Source: Mobula hypostoma (Eukaryota). Taken from it: a DNA stretch of 64,000 nucleotides. Location of the stretch: positions 7,688,001-7,752,000 of the forward strand of contig NC_086097.1 of NCBI RefSeq assembly GCF_963921235.1, read 5' to 3'. The position numbers and the translations under genes were made by a program. Positions 12,570 through 25,718 of the stretch are shown here, one piece after another. The first letter of the stretch is position 1, and each line of letters starts with the position of its first letter. Below the pieces are notes generated by a model that was not told the DNA's origin, made no database searches, and worked only from the letters and a program-made list of their open reading frames with translations.

Positions 12570-15500
12570 TAGATGTGTTCAGAGGTTGGGAGGGCCTTAC
12601 CCATGATGAACTGGGCTGAGGCCACTAGCTTTTGTAGAATTTTCTGTTTCCACACCAAGCTGTAATGTAGCCAGTCAATACACCCTCCACCACACATCTA
12701 TAGAAGTTTGATGTCATGCTGAATTTCCGCAGACTCCTAAGAAATGAGAGGCGCTGCCGTGCTTTCTTCATCATTACGTTTACATACTAAGTCCAGGACA
12801 GGTTTTCTGAAATAATAACACTCAGGAATTTAAAGTTACTGATCCTCCGATGAAGACTGGCTCATGGATTTCTGGTTTCCCTCTCCTGAAGTCTAAGATC
12901 AATTTTTGGTCTTGTTGACATTGGGTGAAAGGTTGTTGTTGTTATGACAGCACTCAGCCAAACTTTCAATTTCCCTCCTGTATGCTAATTCATCACCACC
13001 TTCGATACTTTGCAGGTATGCTTAAAAAGCAAGGCTCCAGAGATTAGGACAACTAAGGGGTGTTTGTGGGAACAGTGGTGTCAGCAGCAAACTTGAATAT
13101 GGTGTTGGAGCTATACCCAGCCTCACAGTCATAGATGTAAAGTGAGTGGAGCAGGGGTCTAACACACAGCCCCTGTGGTGCACCTGTGCTGATAGAGATC
13201 ATGGAGGAGATGTTTTTTCCAATCCAAATTGACCAGGGTCTACAAGTGAGGAAATCCAGAATCCAATTGCATAAGGGGATATTGAGGCCAAGGTCTTGGA
13301 GCTTATTGATTAGTTTTGAGGAGATGATGGTACTGAATGCTGAGCTGTAATCAATAAAGAACACCCTGATGTATGCATCTTTGCTGTCCAGATGTTCCAG
13401 GGTCGAGTGAAGAGCCAGTGAGATGGCACCTGCTGTGGACTTGTTGCTCTGGTAGGCAAATTGGAGAGGATCAAAGTTATCTTTCAGACAGGAACTAGTA
13501 TGTTCCATCACCGGCCTTGCAAAACACTTGATCATTGTGAATGTAAGCCTAACTGGGTGCTAGTTACTGAGGCAAGTCACCACACTCTTCTTGGGCACCA
13601 GTACAATTGAAACCTCCTTGAAGCAGGCAGGTACCACACATTGCCAAAGCGAGAGGTCAAAAATATCAATGAACACATCAGCACATGCCTTTGGCACACA
13701 GCCAGGTACCCCATCCAGTCCGGATGTTTCCTTGGATTCACACTCCTGATGGCAGCCCAAACATCAGCTTCAGATACTGAGCTCAAAGGCTCATCAGGAG
13801 ATGTGGGGGTTCGCCAGGTTTCCTCCATGTTCTGAATTTCAAAGCGAGCTTAGAAGGCATTGAGCTCACCTGGAAGTGAAGCCCTGCTGTCACCTAAGCT
13901 GCTTGACTTAACTTTGTAGAGGTTATTATATTCAAACCCTGCCACAGCTCTTGAGTATGCCTCATTGAATCCAGTTTGGTCTGGAATCTCCACTTTGCCC
14001 ATGAAATGGTTTTCTGGAGATCATACTTGCACCTCTTGTAGCATTCTTGATCTCCAGACTTGAATGCCTCTGATATTGCCCTCAGCGAATTTCAGGACTC
14101 CTGGTTCATCCAGGGTTTCTGATTGAAGAAGAGGCTAAACAATTTAGTGTGGACACACGCATTTACAGCTACTTTAATAAAGTCCATTAAAATCTTGGTG
14201 TCATCATTCAGATGAGTGCTTGAACACGGCCCAGTCCACTGACCCAAAGCAATTCTGTAATCGTTCCTCTGCCTCCAACAACCACCTCTTAGTTGTCCTA
14301 ATCTCTGGAGCTTTGCTTTTCAAGCTCTGTCTTTATGCAGGTAAGAGGACGACAGCCAAAGTGAAATCTGGGCAAGGAGTGGTAGGTATTCCTTATCACA
14401 GTGTAGCACTGGTCTAGTGGGTTGGCACCTGGTGCTACAGGTTACATGCTGCTGATAGTTGGGCAGGGTTTTTTCAAGCAGTTCTGACTATAATTTGAAA
14501 TGCATTGGGGTGGGCTGTTTCTTGTCTGCAGTGGACATCATGCAGTGTCACAAGTGTGTGTTTATAGTTTGCAGCTGGTGGTCCATAAGCTTTGGACAGG
14601 ATCACAGATGAGAACTCTTGAGGGAAATAAAATGGTCTATATTTGATCATTAGATGTTCCAGTTGGGGGAACACAAGTTCAACATAACTACTACATCAAA
14701 GCACCAACGAGAACTGACTATAAAGCACACGCCTCCTCCGTTTGCCTTACTACAGTCTGCATGGTCTACCATGGTCTGACTGACGCATCCAGTGTGTCGG
14801 CAGTTAACCAGCATCTGCAGAATCTCTTGTGTTTAGAACATGTCTGATATTGTGTTTGTAAATAAATACAGTTTAGATACAGAATCCTGAACTCAGAAAG
14901 AAATTGAACTTCAGACCCTTCTGCTGCTGGTTCAGTGATAAACGATCTGTGAATGTCTCATAGACATTTGATCTTGATATCTGTCTGAGTAGAGTAGGAA
15001 GAGACATCAGACTTAATGCCCTAGGACTTTAAAGATCCTCAGCTTGGATTTCTGCTTGTGACTGCTAGCAATTGGTTTGTGCCAAAACAAAAGGTTTATG
15101 GAGTGGGAACAAGCTGAGCTTGGCTCTGATGAACTGTGATTGAATATTCCACTGAGAACCAATACCCAAGTTCCCACATGAATAACTTTCAGTCAATTGG
15201 TCTCCCCTTTATCCCAACATGAGTGAACATTTTGATGGTAGTAGTATTTAAAGTTCAAGGTCACAACTGTGTGCTTATTGAGCACATCTATACAGACCGC
15301 TGCTACCGCACCTTCCATCCTTTGCCTGCAGTCTTTAGTTGATTCTTTTATGTTTCCTATATTTACTATGATTGCCTACAAGAAAATGAATCTCAGGGTT
15401 GTGTATGGTGACATGTATCGTATGTATTTTAATAAGTTTACTTTGAACTTTGAACTTTAATCATTGGAATTTCATCTAAGTTTTACCTAGGCAGAGTCTG

Positions 15501-15813
15501 TTCAACCTAGCCCTTTGAAAGCTTAGACACCTCTTAGTTAATTCCACGAAGAAAACATCGAGTGTTGCCCTACGTTGGAAAGAAGTCCTGAAGAAGGCCC
15601 AAAATGCTGATTGTTTATTCAATTCCATTGATACTGCCTGACCTGCTGTATTCCTGCAGCATTTTGTGTGTGTTGCTGTCTAAAGAATGGTACGGCCTGA
15701 ACCACATCAGGGCAGCTCTTGTGAGAAGTGGCCAAAGCATCTTTAAATGGAGAGGCAGATAAAATACCAACAGTCATCCAGCGCAGACAAAACAGCACGT
15801 GACTCTATGACAT

Positions 15814-16360
15814 CAGTACTGTGCAAAAGTCTTAGGCACATATATACAGTATAGCTAGGGTGCCTAAGACTTTTGTACAGTATGATTATAATTTTATGTA
15901 TAGCATTATATTGCTGCCACAACAAAAAACAAATTTCATGACTTTGCGAGTCGTGATAAACCTGACTCTGATATGGGTCTCCATTGTGGGCTGCGAGTGG
16001 GAAGTGGGCCGGAAGAGGGGATTCATGGTTGGGAAAAAGGAAAGGATGAGAGAAGAGGGAGCGGGAAGCACCAGAGCAACACTCTGTAATGATCAATAAA
16101 TCAATTGATTGGAATCAAATTACCTTGCCTGGTGTCTCGGGGTGGGTGTGTCTGTAGCCATGCAATCTCCACACTGCTGGCACTCTTTCTCTGCCACCTG
16201 TCCCACAACCCTCCCATGGCGCTCCACCCTTGCCATTCCCAACATTCTTTGCTCCTGCCAGATTTACAAACTCACTCTCCACATTCACAACAGACAGTAC
16301 TCTGCAAATATCTTCGGGACCCTAGCTACTGTATACGGCTAAGACTTTTGTACCATACTG
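15814..16360. mobile_element. Composite Tc1-like MITE with a palindromic mini-element at each end
   Basis: CAGTACTGTGCAAAAGTCTTAGGCAC...GTGCCTAAGACTTTTGTACAGTA hairpin at 15814-15883 and a degenerate copy at 16295-16360, followed by TA. Confidence 0.75.
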
Positions 16361-16496
16361 TATAAACAGAATCAGGCTTACTATCACTGACATCTATTGT
16401 GAAATCTGTTGTTTGGTGGCAGCAGTATAGTGCAAAACAAAATTATTATGTTATAAAATTAAGTAAATTTTAAGTAAAGTAAAAGTCCTCCCGGGA

Positions 16497-17195
16497 GGGG
16501 GGAGAAGATGGCGGCATGATGACAGTGTGCGCGGCCACTTCGGTGATGAATATCTGTTATCAGTCAAGTAGGGGACCGCGCACAGTTCTAATTTAATAGA
16601 GACAGATGTGAGAGCGCAGCGGAACATCTGGAAAACTTCTGAAATGCCTGTTCCACTGTTGCTGCTACTGTGTGGTAACCAGAAACTCCGGAGCAGAAGG
16701 CCCCGAAACCCTTGGCTTTGCGTGTTTCAGCGGCCGGGGAGAGGTCAAAGGCATTCAGCGGAGGATGGAGCTCGGGAGGCTGTATCGGAGGGGCTGGTCG
16801 TAGGCTCGAAGTTTTTGGACGGATGGACTCAGTGTCGGCTGGGGTCGGCTGCTTCCAGGGTATCGGCAAGTTGACGGTGCCTGGAGGTTTATGGCAGAGA
16901 GTTTCTCCCTTTTGCCGCCTGCTATCGGGGACTCGGGAGTTGATCGACTCGGGAATTTGAGACTATTTTTTACTGTGCGCATGGTCCGTTCTTTATCAAA
17001 TTATGGTATTGCTTTGCACTGCTGTAACTATATGTTATAATTATGTGGTTCTGTCAGTGTTAGTCTTTGGTCTGTCTTGTTTTCTGTGATATTACTCTGG
17101 AGAGACATTGTATTATTTCTTAATGCATGTATGCATTTCTAAATGACAATAAATGAGGACTGAGTGTTCTCATAATCTAAAAAAAATCTAAAAAA
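16497..17195 (+). mobile_element. Non-autonomous non-LTR element (probably Rex1-mobilised)
   Basis: GC-rich head starting GGGGGAGAAGATGGCGGC, T-rich 3' part, ATGACAATAAA and an ATCTAAAA tail; no coding homology seen. Confidence 0.6.
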
Positions 17196-18261
17196 TTGTG
17201 CAAAAGGTGAATAATAAGGTCGTTTTCATGGAGTGTTCAGAAATGTGATGGTGGAGAGGAAGAAGCTGTTCGTAAAGAATTGACTGTAAGTCTTCAGAAT
17301 CCTGTACCTTCTCCCAGATGATAGTAATGAGAAGAGGTTTTTAATAATATTGCAGATGGTGAGGGGTCTTAATGATGGATGCCAGCTTTTTGATGCACTG
17401 ACTCTTCAAGATATCCTCGATGATGGGAGGTTAGTGCACAATGGAGCTTGCTGAGTCTACACACTGTCCCTTGCAGCCCTGTGCATTGGAGCCTCCATAC
17501 TGGGCGATGGTGCATCCAGTCAAAATGTTTGTAAGAGTCTTTGGTGAAGCCTAAAGGCACACACTCAATGATTCAGGACCAGCTTCTTCCCATCTACCAT
17601 CCGATTTCTGAATGGACATTAAACCCACGAACACTACCTCACTACTTTATTTATTTATAATTTTGCACTTCTTACTTAATTTAACTATTTATGATATATA
17701 TATTCTGCAATTCATGTTTTTTTCCCTAATATTATGTATTGCATTGTATTGCTGCTGTAAAGACAACAAATTTCATGACATATGACGGTGATATTTCACC
17801 TGATTCTAATTCTGACATACTGAATCTTCTCAAACTCAAAATGCAGCAAAGCCACTGGTGTGCATGGTTCGTAATTACATGGCCCTGGGAGAGGTCCTCT
17901 GAGATACTAACACCCGTGAACTTATAGCTCTTTATATCTTCCATCTGCATCCCCTCAATGAGGGCTGGTGTGGTTTCTCCTGACTCTTCCCTACTTTCTG
18001 AGTGTCCTCCTTACATAGTCTCCTGGATTCCAAAACACAGCGAAAGAATAGGTAGCTATTGCTAAAAGTCCGTACAAAATATAAAATAAGGAGGTGTGAA
18101 AAATATCAAACAGGTTCCCTTATCACCAATGACCAACCTTACACCTCAAACACAAGTCAACAGATATTTCTTGTTGTATACTCTTCATGAAGCCTAACCT
18201 GCAAAGAGTGAAGAACAAAGTCTCTCTTTGATTGATTCTCCATTTCTTTCATATATCTCAA

Positions 18262-19345
18262 AAGCTCGAAGCTCAAAGTAAAATTTATCATCAGAGTGCA
18301 TATGTAGATGTCACGACATACAGCCCTGACATTCTGTTTCTGTGAGCATATTTAACAAATCTACAGAACAGTAACTGTAAATTGTAAACATCAGGAACTG
18401 TAAACTGTAAATAAACTGAGCAAATGCAGATATAAATAAATAGCAATAAATAATGAGCATGAAATCACAATATAAAAGAGTTCTAAATGAGTGTAATTAT
18501 CCCCTTTTGTTCAAGAGCCTGATGGTTGAGGGGTAGTAACTGTTCTTGAACCTCAGGCACCTGTACTACCTATCCGATGGCAGCAATGAGAAAAGAGCAT
18601 GGCCTCAGTGGTGAGGATCTTTGATGATGGATGCTGCTTTCCTGCAACAGCATTTCATGTCAGTGTGCTCAGTGGTTGGGTGGGCTTTATCCCTGATGTA
18701 CTGGGCTGAATCAACCACCTTTCGTAGTAATTTCCATTCAAAGGCATTGGTGTTCCCATACCGGGCTGTAATGCAGCCTGTCAGCACACTTTCCACCATT
18801 CATCTATAGAAGTTTTCGAAAGTTTTCAATGACATGTTGAGCCTCTGCAGGCTCCTGAGAAAGCAGAGGTGCTGTCGTGCTTTCTTCACAATAATATTTA
18901 TATGATGGGTCCAGGTCATGTCGTCTGACATAGTGAAACCCAGGAATTTAAAGTTACTGACCCTCTCCACCTCAGATCCTCCAATGATTACTGGCTCATG
19001 GACCTCTGGTTTCCCTCTCCTGAAGTCTAATTTGAGTGAGAGGTTGTTGTTATGACACCACTCAGCCAAGTTTTCAATCTCCCTCCTGTATGCTGATTCA
19101 TCACCCCCTTTGATACGACCCACAACGGTGGTGTCATTAGCAAACTTGCATATGGTGTTGGAGCTGTACTTAGCCACACAGTCACAGGTGTAAAGCGAGT
19201 AGAGCAGGGGGCTAAGTACACATCCGTGCTGTGCTCCTGTGCTGGTGGAGGTTGCGGAGGAAATGTTTTTGCTAAATCAAATTAACTGGGTCTACAAGTG
19301 AGGAAATCCAGGATCCAGTTGCACAGGGGGTATTGAGGCCCAGGT
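18262..19345 (-). mobile_element. 5'-truncated Rex1/Babar LINE
   Basis: KFANDTTVVG...ESAYRREIENL...FKFLG...ESVLTGCIT...KAASIIKDPHH; 3' UTR matches 11490-12200. Confidence 0.9.
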
Positions 19346-19638
19346 CTTGGAGGTCTTGTCAGCATCTCAGAGGACCGATCCTGGTTAATGCAGGGTTGCT
19401 CCATCATAGGCATTAGCCTCCATAGCATTGAGGACACTTTCAAAAGGCGATGCCTCAAAAAGGCAGCATCCATCATTAAGAACCCCTATCTGACATCAGG
19501 TTTCAGAATGGAAAGTAAATCCGTGATCATTAGCTCATTATTTTTTCCTCTTTTTTTGCCCTACTTACTTAATTTAATTCTTTACAGTATATTTACTAAT
19601 TGTAATTTATATTATTTATTATTAATATTATTATCATT

Positions 19639-19939
19639 GGGGCGGTATGCTAGTGTAGTGGCTAGCACAACACTTCACAGTCCCAGCGACCCGGGTTCAA
19701 TTCCTGCCACTGGCCGTAAGGAGTTTGTACGTTCTCCCCACGGCTGTATGGGCTCCTCCAGATGCTCCAGTTTTCTCCCACAGTCCAAAGATGTACCGGT
19801 TGGTTGATTAACTGGGCATCGTAAATTATCCTGTGATCAGGCTAGGATTAAATTGGGGGATTGTTGGGCGGTGCGGGTCGAAGGGCCAGAAGTGTCTATA
19901 CTGTGCTGTATTGCCGTAACTAAATAGATAAATAAATAC
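19639..19939 (+). mobile_element. tRNA-derived V-SINE (HE1-like)
   Basis: A box TAGTGTAGTGG at 19651, B box GGTTCAATTCC at 19694, V-domain (TCCTCC..TGCTCC..TTT.CTCCCACAGTCCAAAGA), CR1-like GAAGGGCC tail and (TAAA)n. Confidence 0.9.
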
Positions 19940-20858
19940 ATATTTTTTTACAATGTACTATTGTCACAAGGCAACAAATTTCAGAGCATATAACTGATAT
20001 TAAACCTGATTCTGACTCAGATTCTGAGATCTCACGACCAGACTGTAATGAACTTTGAGAAAATGGGGAGGCCAGCTGCCTTAAGGCATGCTGCAGCCTT
20101 GTATCAGGTCAAAGTTGACCCAGCGGGGCGGGGAGATAAAGGGGACTTATGAGTAAAAGCAAAAAAGTTTTCTACTTGAGCTTTGAGAATGTGTTTCTGA
20201 TTAATGCTAAGTAGGAATTCTCCCCTTCAGGTTAATAGAACTATACTTCATGAACAAAGCACTTCAGTCAGCTCATATTCCTCGCTGGCTCACATTCTCA
20301 TTACTTCCTCTCAAATCAATCATATGTTCCTGTTTAATGTATAGAGCTCAGGAGCTGAAAAACAGACTGGAGGCATGTCTTAATCTCACACTTAAAAGCT
20401 AACTTTGATAAGTGCTTTAATGTTGCTTAATACTTAGATGCTAAAATTCAATTTCTCCATATTCAAATGCCTGATACTGTACGCTATCAAGGATGGAACA
20501 GTGGTATTGTCCATAGAGCTTAGGAACCCGAGTTTCCTTCTGGTACCGTCCTTTGCCTTGTTGACAGCGAGGAAGAGGTTCGCCTGGCACCAAGCCTCAA
20601 ACTCTTCCACCTCCTCTCTCTGGGCCCCTCATCTTTGTTGGTGAAGAGCCCCAACACTGTCGTGTCACTGATGAACTTGATGATGTGGTTGCTCGGGTGT
20701 TTGCCCATGCAGTCGTGTGTGAGCAGTGTGCAACAACGAGCTCACTACACTCGTGTCGAGCATAATGGGGAGGGAGGAGCAATTGTGCATCCTGATGATC
20801 TGAGCCAATCATTATTGGAGTAACAATTACTTAATCCTTCCACTCGTGTACAGCAAAT

Positions 20859-21089
20859 TGTTATGTTTTGTAACTCTAAAACTAATCAAAGGAAAAACAT
20901 GGAGCCAGGAGATGCATGTCGACTTATTTACTTTTAGTGAGTCACACACGTATGACACGGCAGCAAAATGACGTATGTCGTTCACGTACATCTACATACT
21001 GTGTAACCTGTAGTGAATTATCCAGGCAACAAAGAATGCTTAATCTAACAATATATTTACAATATAACTCAAATATTAAATACACAACT
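20859..21089. mobile_element. Small solo LTR, about 230 bp
   Basis: TGTTATG...ACACAAC ends, flanks CAAAT/GAAAT; reverse-complement relative of 55736-55975. Confidence 0.7.
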
Positions 21090-22096
21090 GAAATGACATT
21101 AAACAATCTTGAATTTTAAATGTTCTCCCTACGGATGGATAGATTTCTTCAGGGCGCTATGGTTAAATTATAAATTGTAATAATTAATCTTTTAAAAACA
21201 ATTTTTGCTCTCTTTTTGCACTAGGTATTTAATTTATTATATATATATTTCTTATTGCAATTTATAGTTTTCTATGTTGTATACTGCTGCTGCAATAGAG
21301 CAAATTTAATGACGTGCTAATGAAAAAACAAATGAGATAAGCAGTGCAAAAAGAGAGGAAAAAATAGTGTGGTAGTGTTCCTGGGTTTATGGTCCATTCA
21401 GAAATCTGATGGCGGAGGAGAAGAAGCTATTTCTGAAACATTGAGTGTGTGAAGTTACCGTTTTCACTCTGCAAGACTCCGTGAGTATTTTGGAATAATC
21501 AATAAATGTTATTGATCAAAGTCATAAAGGAGCTGATTTTCTAAACTTTTAACAAGGAATGTACTCTGCCTGTGGAAGCCACAGTAAATTAGCAATGTGC
21601 TATTTTTCTGCATTTTTGCCATGACTTTGAAATATATATGACTTTGCAGAAAAATATCTCATGTCCAGCAATTTGCTTTTATGCTTTTAAGCAAAAATGT
21701 ACTAAGGAATGTAATTGGATGACACAAAGGCAAAGAAATAGATATTAAGGCAGGTGCCTAAACTTTTGGCTAAAGAGTTACTTTGTTGAGCGTTCTTGAA
21801 GCAGAACAGATGGATGGTGGGTGTGGGCAGCTTTATGATGAGAATATCAGAGGCAAATGGCATTATGTCATAACTTATGGCAAAGAAAACTAAATGTAAA
21901 AGTCATGGGATTATGCTTGTGTTTTCTAAGGCACTTGTGAAAGCACATCTGGAATTCTATGCACACTGCTGATCTCTATATTGAGAGAAGGATGTAAACA
22001 TATTGAAAGTAGTTCAGACAAGCCTTACCAGATGAAAATCTGGAATGGCAGTTTATTTTATGAGAGATGGATGAACAAGTTTGGGTTACAACAGTG

Positions 22097-22930
22097 CAAC
22101 ACACAAGGGTACTGGAGCAACTCAGCAGGTCAGTCAGCATCTAAGGAGAAAAATCAACATTTCAAGTTGAGGCCCTTTAGTAGGACATGAAAGCAAGAGA
22201 GGTGAGAGCCCTTATAAAAAAAATGTGGCAGAGCAAATAGAATGTGGAGTTCTGAAGTATAAGAATTGGCGGGGGGGAGGGAAGGAACTCATTGAAACCT
22301 TTCAAATATTGGAAATACACTGTACTACACAGAATGGAAGTGGAGAGAATGTTTCCTGTAGTGGGTGAGTCTAGGACCAGAGAGCACAGCCTCAGAATAG
22401 GTGGATGTCCATTTAAAACAAAGATGAGGAGGAATGCCTTTAACCAGAGGGTGGTGAATCTGTGAAAGTCATTGCCACAGACAAACATGGAGGCCAGGTG
22501 TTTGGGTGTATTTAAAACAGAGGTTGATAGTTCTTGATTCATGAGACTGCCAAAAGCTATGTAGAGAGTGCAGAAGAATTAGGTTGAGAGGGATAATAAT
22601 TCAGCCTTGATGGAATGGTGGAGCAGACTCGATGGGCTGAATGCCCTAATTCTGCTCCCATCTTATGGTCTTGAGAGTTGGTGTATGATAGGTGGATCCA
22701 GGTGAGGAGGGTGGAGTGAGAGGAACATAAGAACTTGGAAAGAGACAGGTGGAAGTGTCAAAGGGATGAAGAAGATGGAATCTGATCGCAGAGGTCAGTG
22801 GACAATGCAATGAAGGGAAGGGGATGAGGAGGTGAATAGGTAGGAGAAATATGCGGGAGATGTGCAGATAAGTTGGGCAGGGGAGGGGAAAGAGATGGGA
22901 TGATGGGGGTCAGAGGGATAAGGGGAAAAC
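22097..22930 (-). mobile_element. Penelope-like pLTR relic interrupted by a plus-strand CR1 3' fragment (about 22285-22672)
   Basis: GGAGCAACTCAGCAGGTCAG..CAGCATC motif shared with 32070, 38430 and 44260; purine-rich pLTR body resumes after the CR1 tail. Confidence 0.65.
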
Positions 22931-22972
22931 AAATCAGTTGTGGCTTAAAAAGAGTGAGTGGACTTGACTAAG

Positions 22973-23410
22973 CATAAGACCATAAAACAGAGGAGCTGAA
23001 TAAGGCTATTTGGCCAATCAAGTTTGCTCCACCATTTCATCATGGCTGATTTATTATCCCTCTCAACTTAATTCTCTTGTCTTCTCCCCGGGAACCTATG
23101 ACACCCCGACTAATCAAAAAACCTCCATCCTCTGCTTCAAATATACCCAGTGTCTTGGTCTCTACAGCCGTCTGTGGCAATGAACTCTACAGATTCACGA
23201 CCCTCAGGCTAAAGAAATCCTTCTTATCTCTGTTCTAAAAAGACATCCTGTATTCTTTGGCTGTGCCCTCTGGTTTTAAGCTCCCTCACGCCAGGAAACA
23301 TCCTCTCCATGTTCACTGTATCTAGGCCTTTAAATATTCGATAGGTTTCAATGAAATTCCCCCCCCCACCGCCCCGCCACAACACACTGCTCATTTTTCT
23401 CAACTCCAGC
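22973..23410 (-). mobile_element. CR1 3' fragment
   Basis: IETYRIFKGLD..MERMFP..TRGHS motif; ATAAGACCATAA tail. Confidence 0.8.
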
Positions 23411-23754
23411 ATAGTATGCCATGAAAATGTGATGCGTGGTCAGCGATGGGATGTATGGGTAAAGTATTTGAAAGGGAAATATTAAACCAGGATTACTACC
23501 CTAAACATTTAATATAAACATACATATATAACATATAGTACCCCAAAAGCTCTTGACAAAATGGATATTTCCATTTGTGGGACAATCTTGAACTTGGGAA
23601 TTGATTTTTAAAAAGAAAGGGTCAACCTCTGAGGTGAAGCAAAGGATTTTTTTCTCAGTGGGCTGTAAGAACTTCCTCAAAGGTAACTGGAAGCAGATTG
23701 TGGCAGAGGTAGACAGATGCTTGGAAGGCAACACAGAGAAAGGTTATTGGGGTA

Positions 23755-25262
23755 AGTAGTAGTGGCATACGTTAGTCCCGTGAGACCATGGATCTGCGCC
23801 TGGAAAGTCTTGCTTCAGTCTGTGTTAGAGCAGCGTCTGTTGTGGCTGTGGAGGCCCACACGGGAGTGACAGTCTCGGCTACCGCGACTGCACTCGAAGG
23901 CGCTGTCCTCCAGTGTTGTCTTGGTGCTGTTTCTCCGGCGAGTGCGCTTTTCTTCAGCAGCAAGCCTCAGCTTCTCTCCTCCTCTTTTTAGACCTCTGCA
24001 TAGTTCCAGCCTCCAGCGAGAGCGATTGCTTGCGATGTACTCCCACCTCTCGACGTTCATTTTCAGTGACTTCATGGCTCTCTTGCAAACGTCTTTGAAA
24101 CGAAGATGGGACTGCCCTTGTGCTCTCTTGCCGGAGGCCAGTTCCCTGTACAGCAGGTCTTTCAGGATCCTCCCGTCTGACGTGTGGTGTATGTGGCCCA
24201 GACGGCGCTTTTGGAGCAGGGTGAAGAGGCTGGGCATCTGGGCGTGGGCCAGGTCCTCATTGTTGGTGACTCAGTTAATCCACTTGATGTCCAGGATGTG
24301 TCTCAGGCTGCGAAGGTGGAAGACGTTGAGACGCCGCTCTTGTCTGGAGTAGATGCTCCAGGTCTCGCTGCCGTAAAGCAGTATGCTGAGGATGCAGGCC
24401 CTGTAGACTGCAACATTGGTGTGCGTTGTCAGCTTTCTGTTCTCCCAGACCCTCTTTGTCAGCCTGGCAAATGTTGAGGCTGCTCGTCCGATACATCTGT
24501 TGATCTCGGGGTCTAGGGAGAGACTGTCCATGATGGTGGAGACAAGGTATGTAAACTCGTGGACTACCTCCAGCTCGTAGTTGTTGATGGTGATGGCAGC
24601 AGGGTGCTCAACGCCTCGGCCCAACACGTTGGTTTTCCTCAGGCTGATGGTCAAGCTGAAGTCCTGGCAGGCTCTTGAGAAGCTGTCCATGAGGCGTTGC
24701 AGTTGCTCTTCAGAGTGTGTTGCCAGTGCCGCGTCGTCTGCAAACAACATGTCCCTGATGAGTACTTCACAAACCTTGGTTTTTGCCCTTAGCTGGGACA
24801 GACGGAACAGCCTCCCGTCCGATCTGGTGTGGAGGTAGACACCATCAGTTGATGTTCCAAAGCCATGCTTCAGCATGACTGCGAAGAAGATGCCGAACAG
24901 GGTGGGGGCAAGCACACAGCCCTGCTTCACACTGCTGCGGATGTTGAAGGCCTCCGAAGAAGAGCCGTCAAACTGAACGACGTCCTTCATGTCTGTGTGC
25001 AATGACTGAACTCTCCTGAGGAGCCTTGGGGGACAACCAATCCTGGTGAGGATTTTGAACAGGCCGTCTCTGCTCACGAGGTCAAAGGCCTTCGTGAGGT
25101 CAATGAAAGCTACGTAGAGTGGTTGCCTTTGCTCTCTGCATTTCTCTTGTAGCTGTCGAAGGGAGAAGATCATGTCGATTGTGGAGCATTCTGACCTGAA
25201 ACTGCACTGAGACTTGGTATATTTCCTTTCGGCTATTTTCTGCAGTCTGTTCAGGACCACGT
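23755..25262 (-). mobile_element. RTE-clade LINE, 5'-truncated RT with C-terminal Cys/His motif
   Basis: RSECSTIDMIFSLRQLQEKCREQ, FIDLTKAFD, VKQGCVLAPTLF, LFADDAAL, LLYGSETW; C-terminus CSRGSRDCHSRVGLHSH; (CTA)n tail. Confidence 0.95.
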
Positions 25263-25638
25263 AGGACCATGTAGGAGTATAGTATTGAACATTCATGATC
25301 CTATTGCATAGCAGAGTCGATGTGAGGAGCAGTCTGAGGTTGGAAATCATATCTGTGTATGTCCATGTGCAGCTTTGAAGCTACAGTTTGAAAAAAAAAT
25401 GGTTGGGAAGGACAGAGTCCCAATTCAAGGGAATAGAGTTCCCAAGGTATTACTGAAGGAAGGAAGGAAGGAAGGAACATGGACATAGTGGGTTTGGACA
25501 AGAGAGCAAGAATTATATAATTGTGAAATGTTATGTTTAGAAACAAACACATGTAATTTGGGAATGGGATTAAGAATGCAGCTAAAAGTGTTATGATGAA
25601 AGATAAACCGTCAGCTTCATTTTAATAGTAGCTTAAAG

Positions 25639-25718
25639 CAGTGGTTCCCAACCTGGGGCCCACAAACCCATCGGTTAATGGCAGGGGTCCTTAGCATAAT
25701 AAAGGTTGAGAAACCCTG
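25639..25718. mobile_element. hAT (Charlie-like) MITE, 80 bp
   Basis: TIRs CAGTGGTTCCCAACCT / AGGTTGAGAAACCCTG; 8-bp TSD GCTTAAAG/GGTTAAAG. Confidence 0.85.

Larger units (their letters stand above)
11488..14760 (-). mobile_element. Decayed Rex1/Babar LINE (endonuclease, RT, 3' UTR) hosting nested insertions
   Basis: LEHLMIKYRPFYFPQEFSSV (EN), DPLQFAY, FIDYSSAFSTI, STGAPQG and FKFAADTTV (RT); (TTTGAAC)n-type tail near 11490-11510. Confidence 0.9.

Noticed and set aside
19639..19710. tRNA gene
   Set aside because: The A/B boxes belong to a V-SINE head; there is no complete cloverleaf, and the V-domain and LINE tail follow.
20105..20121. Estrogen response element
   Set aside because: The GGTCA/TGACC half-sites are spaced by 4 nt, not 3.
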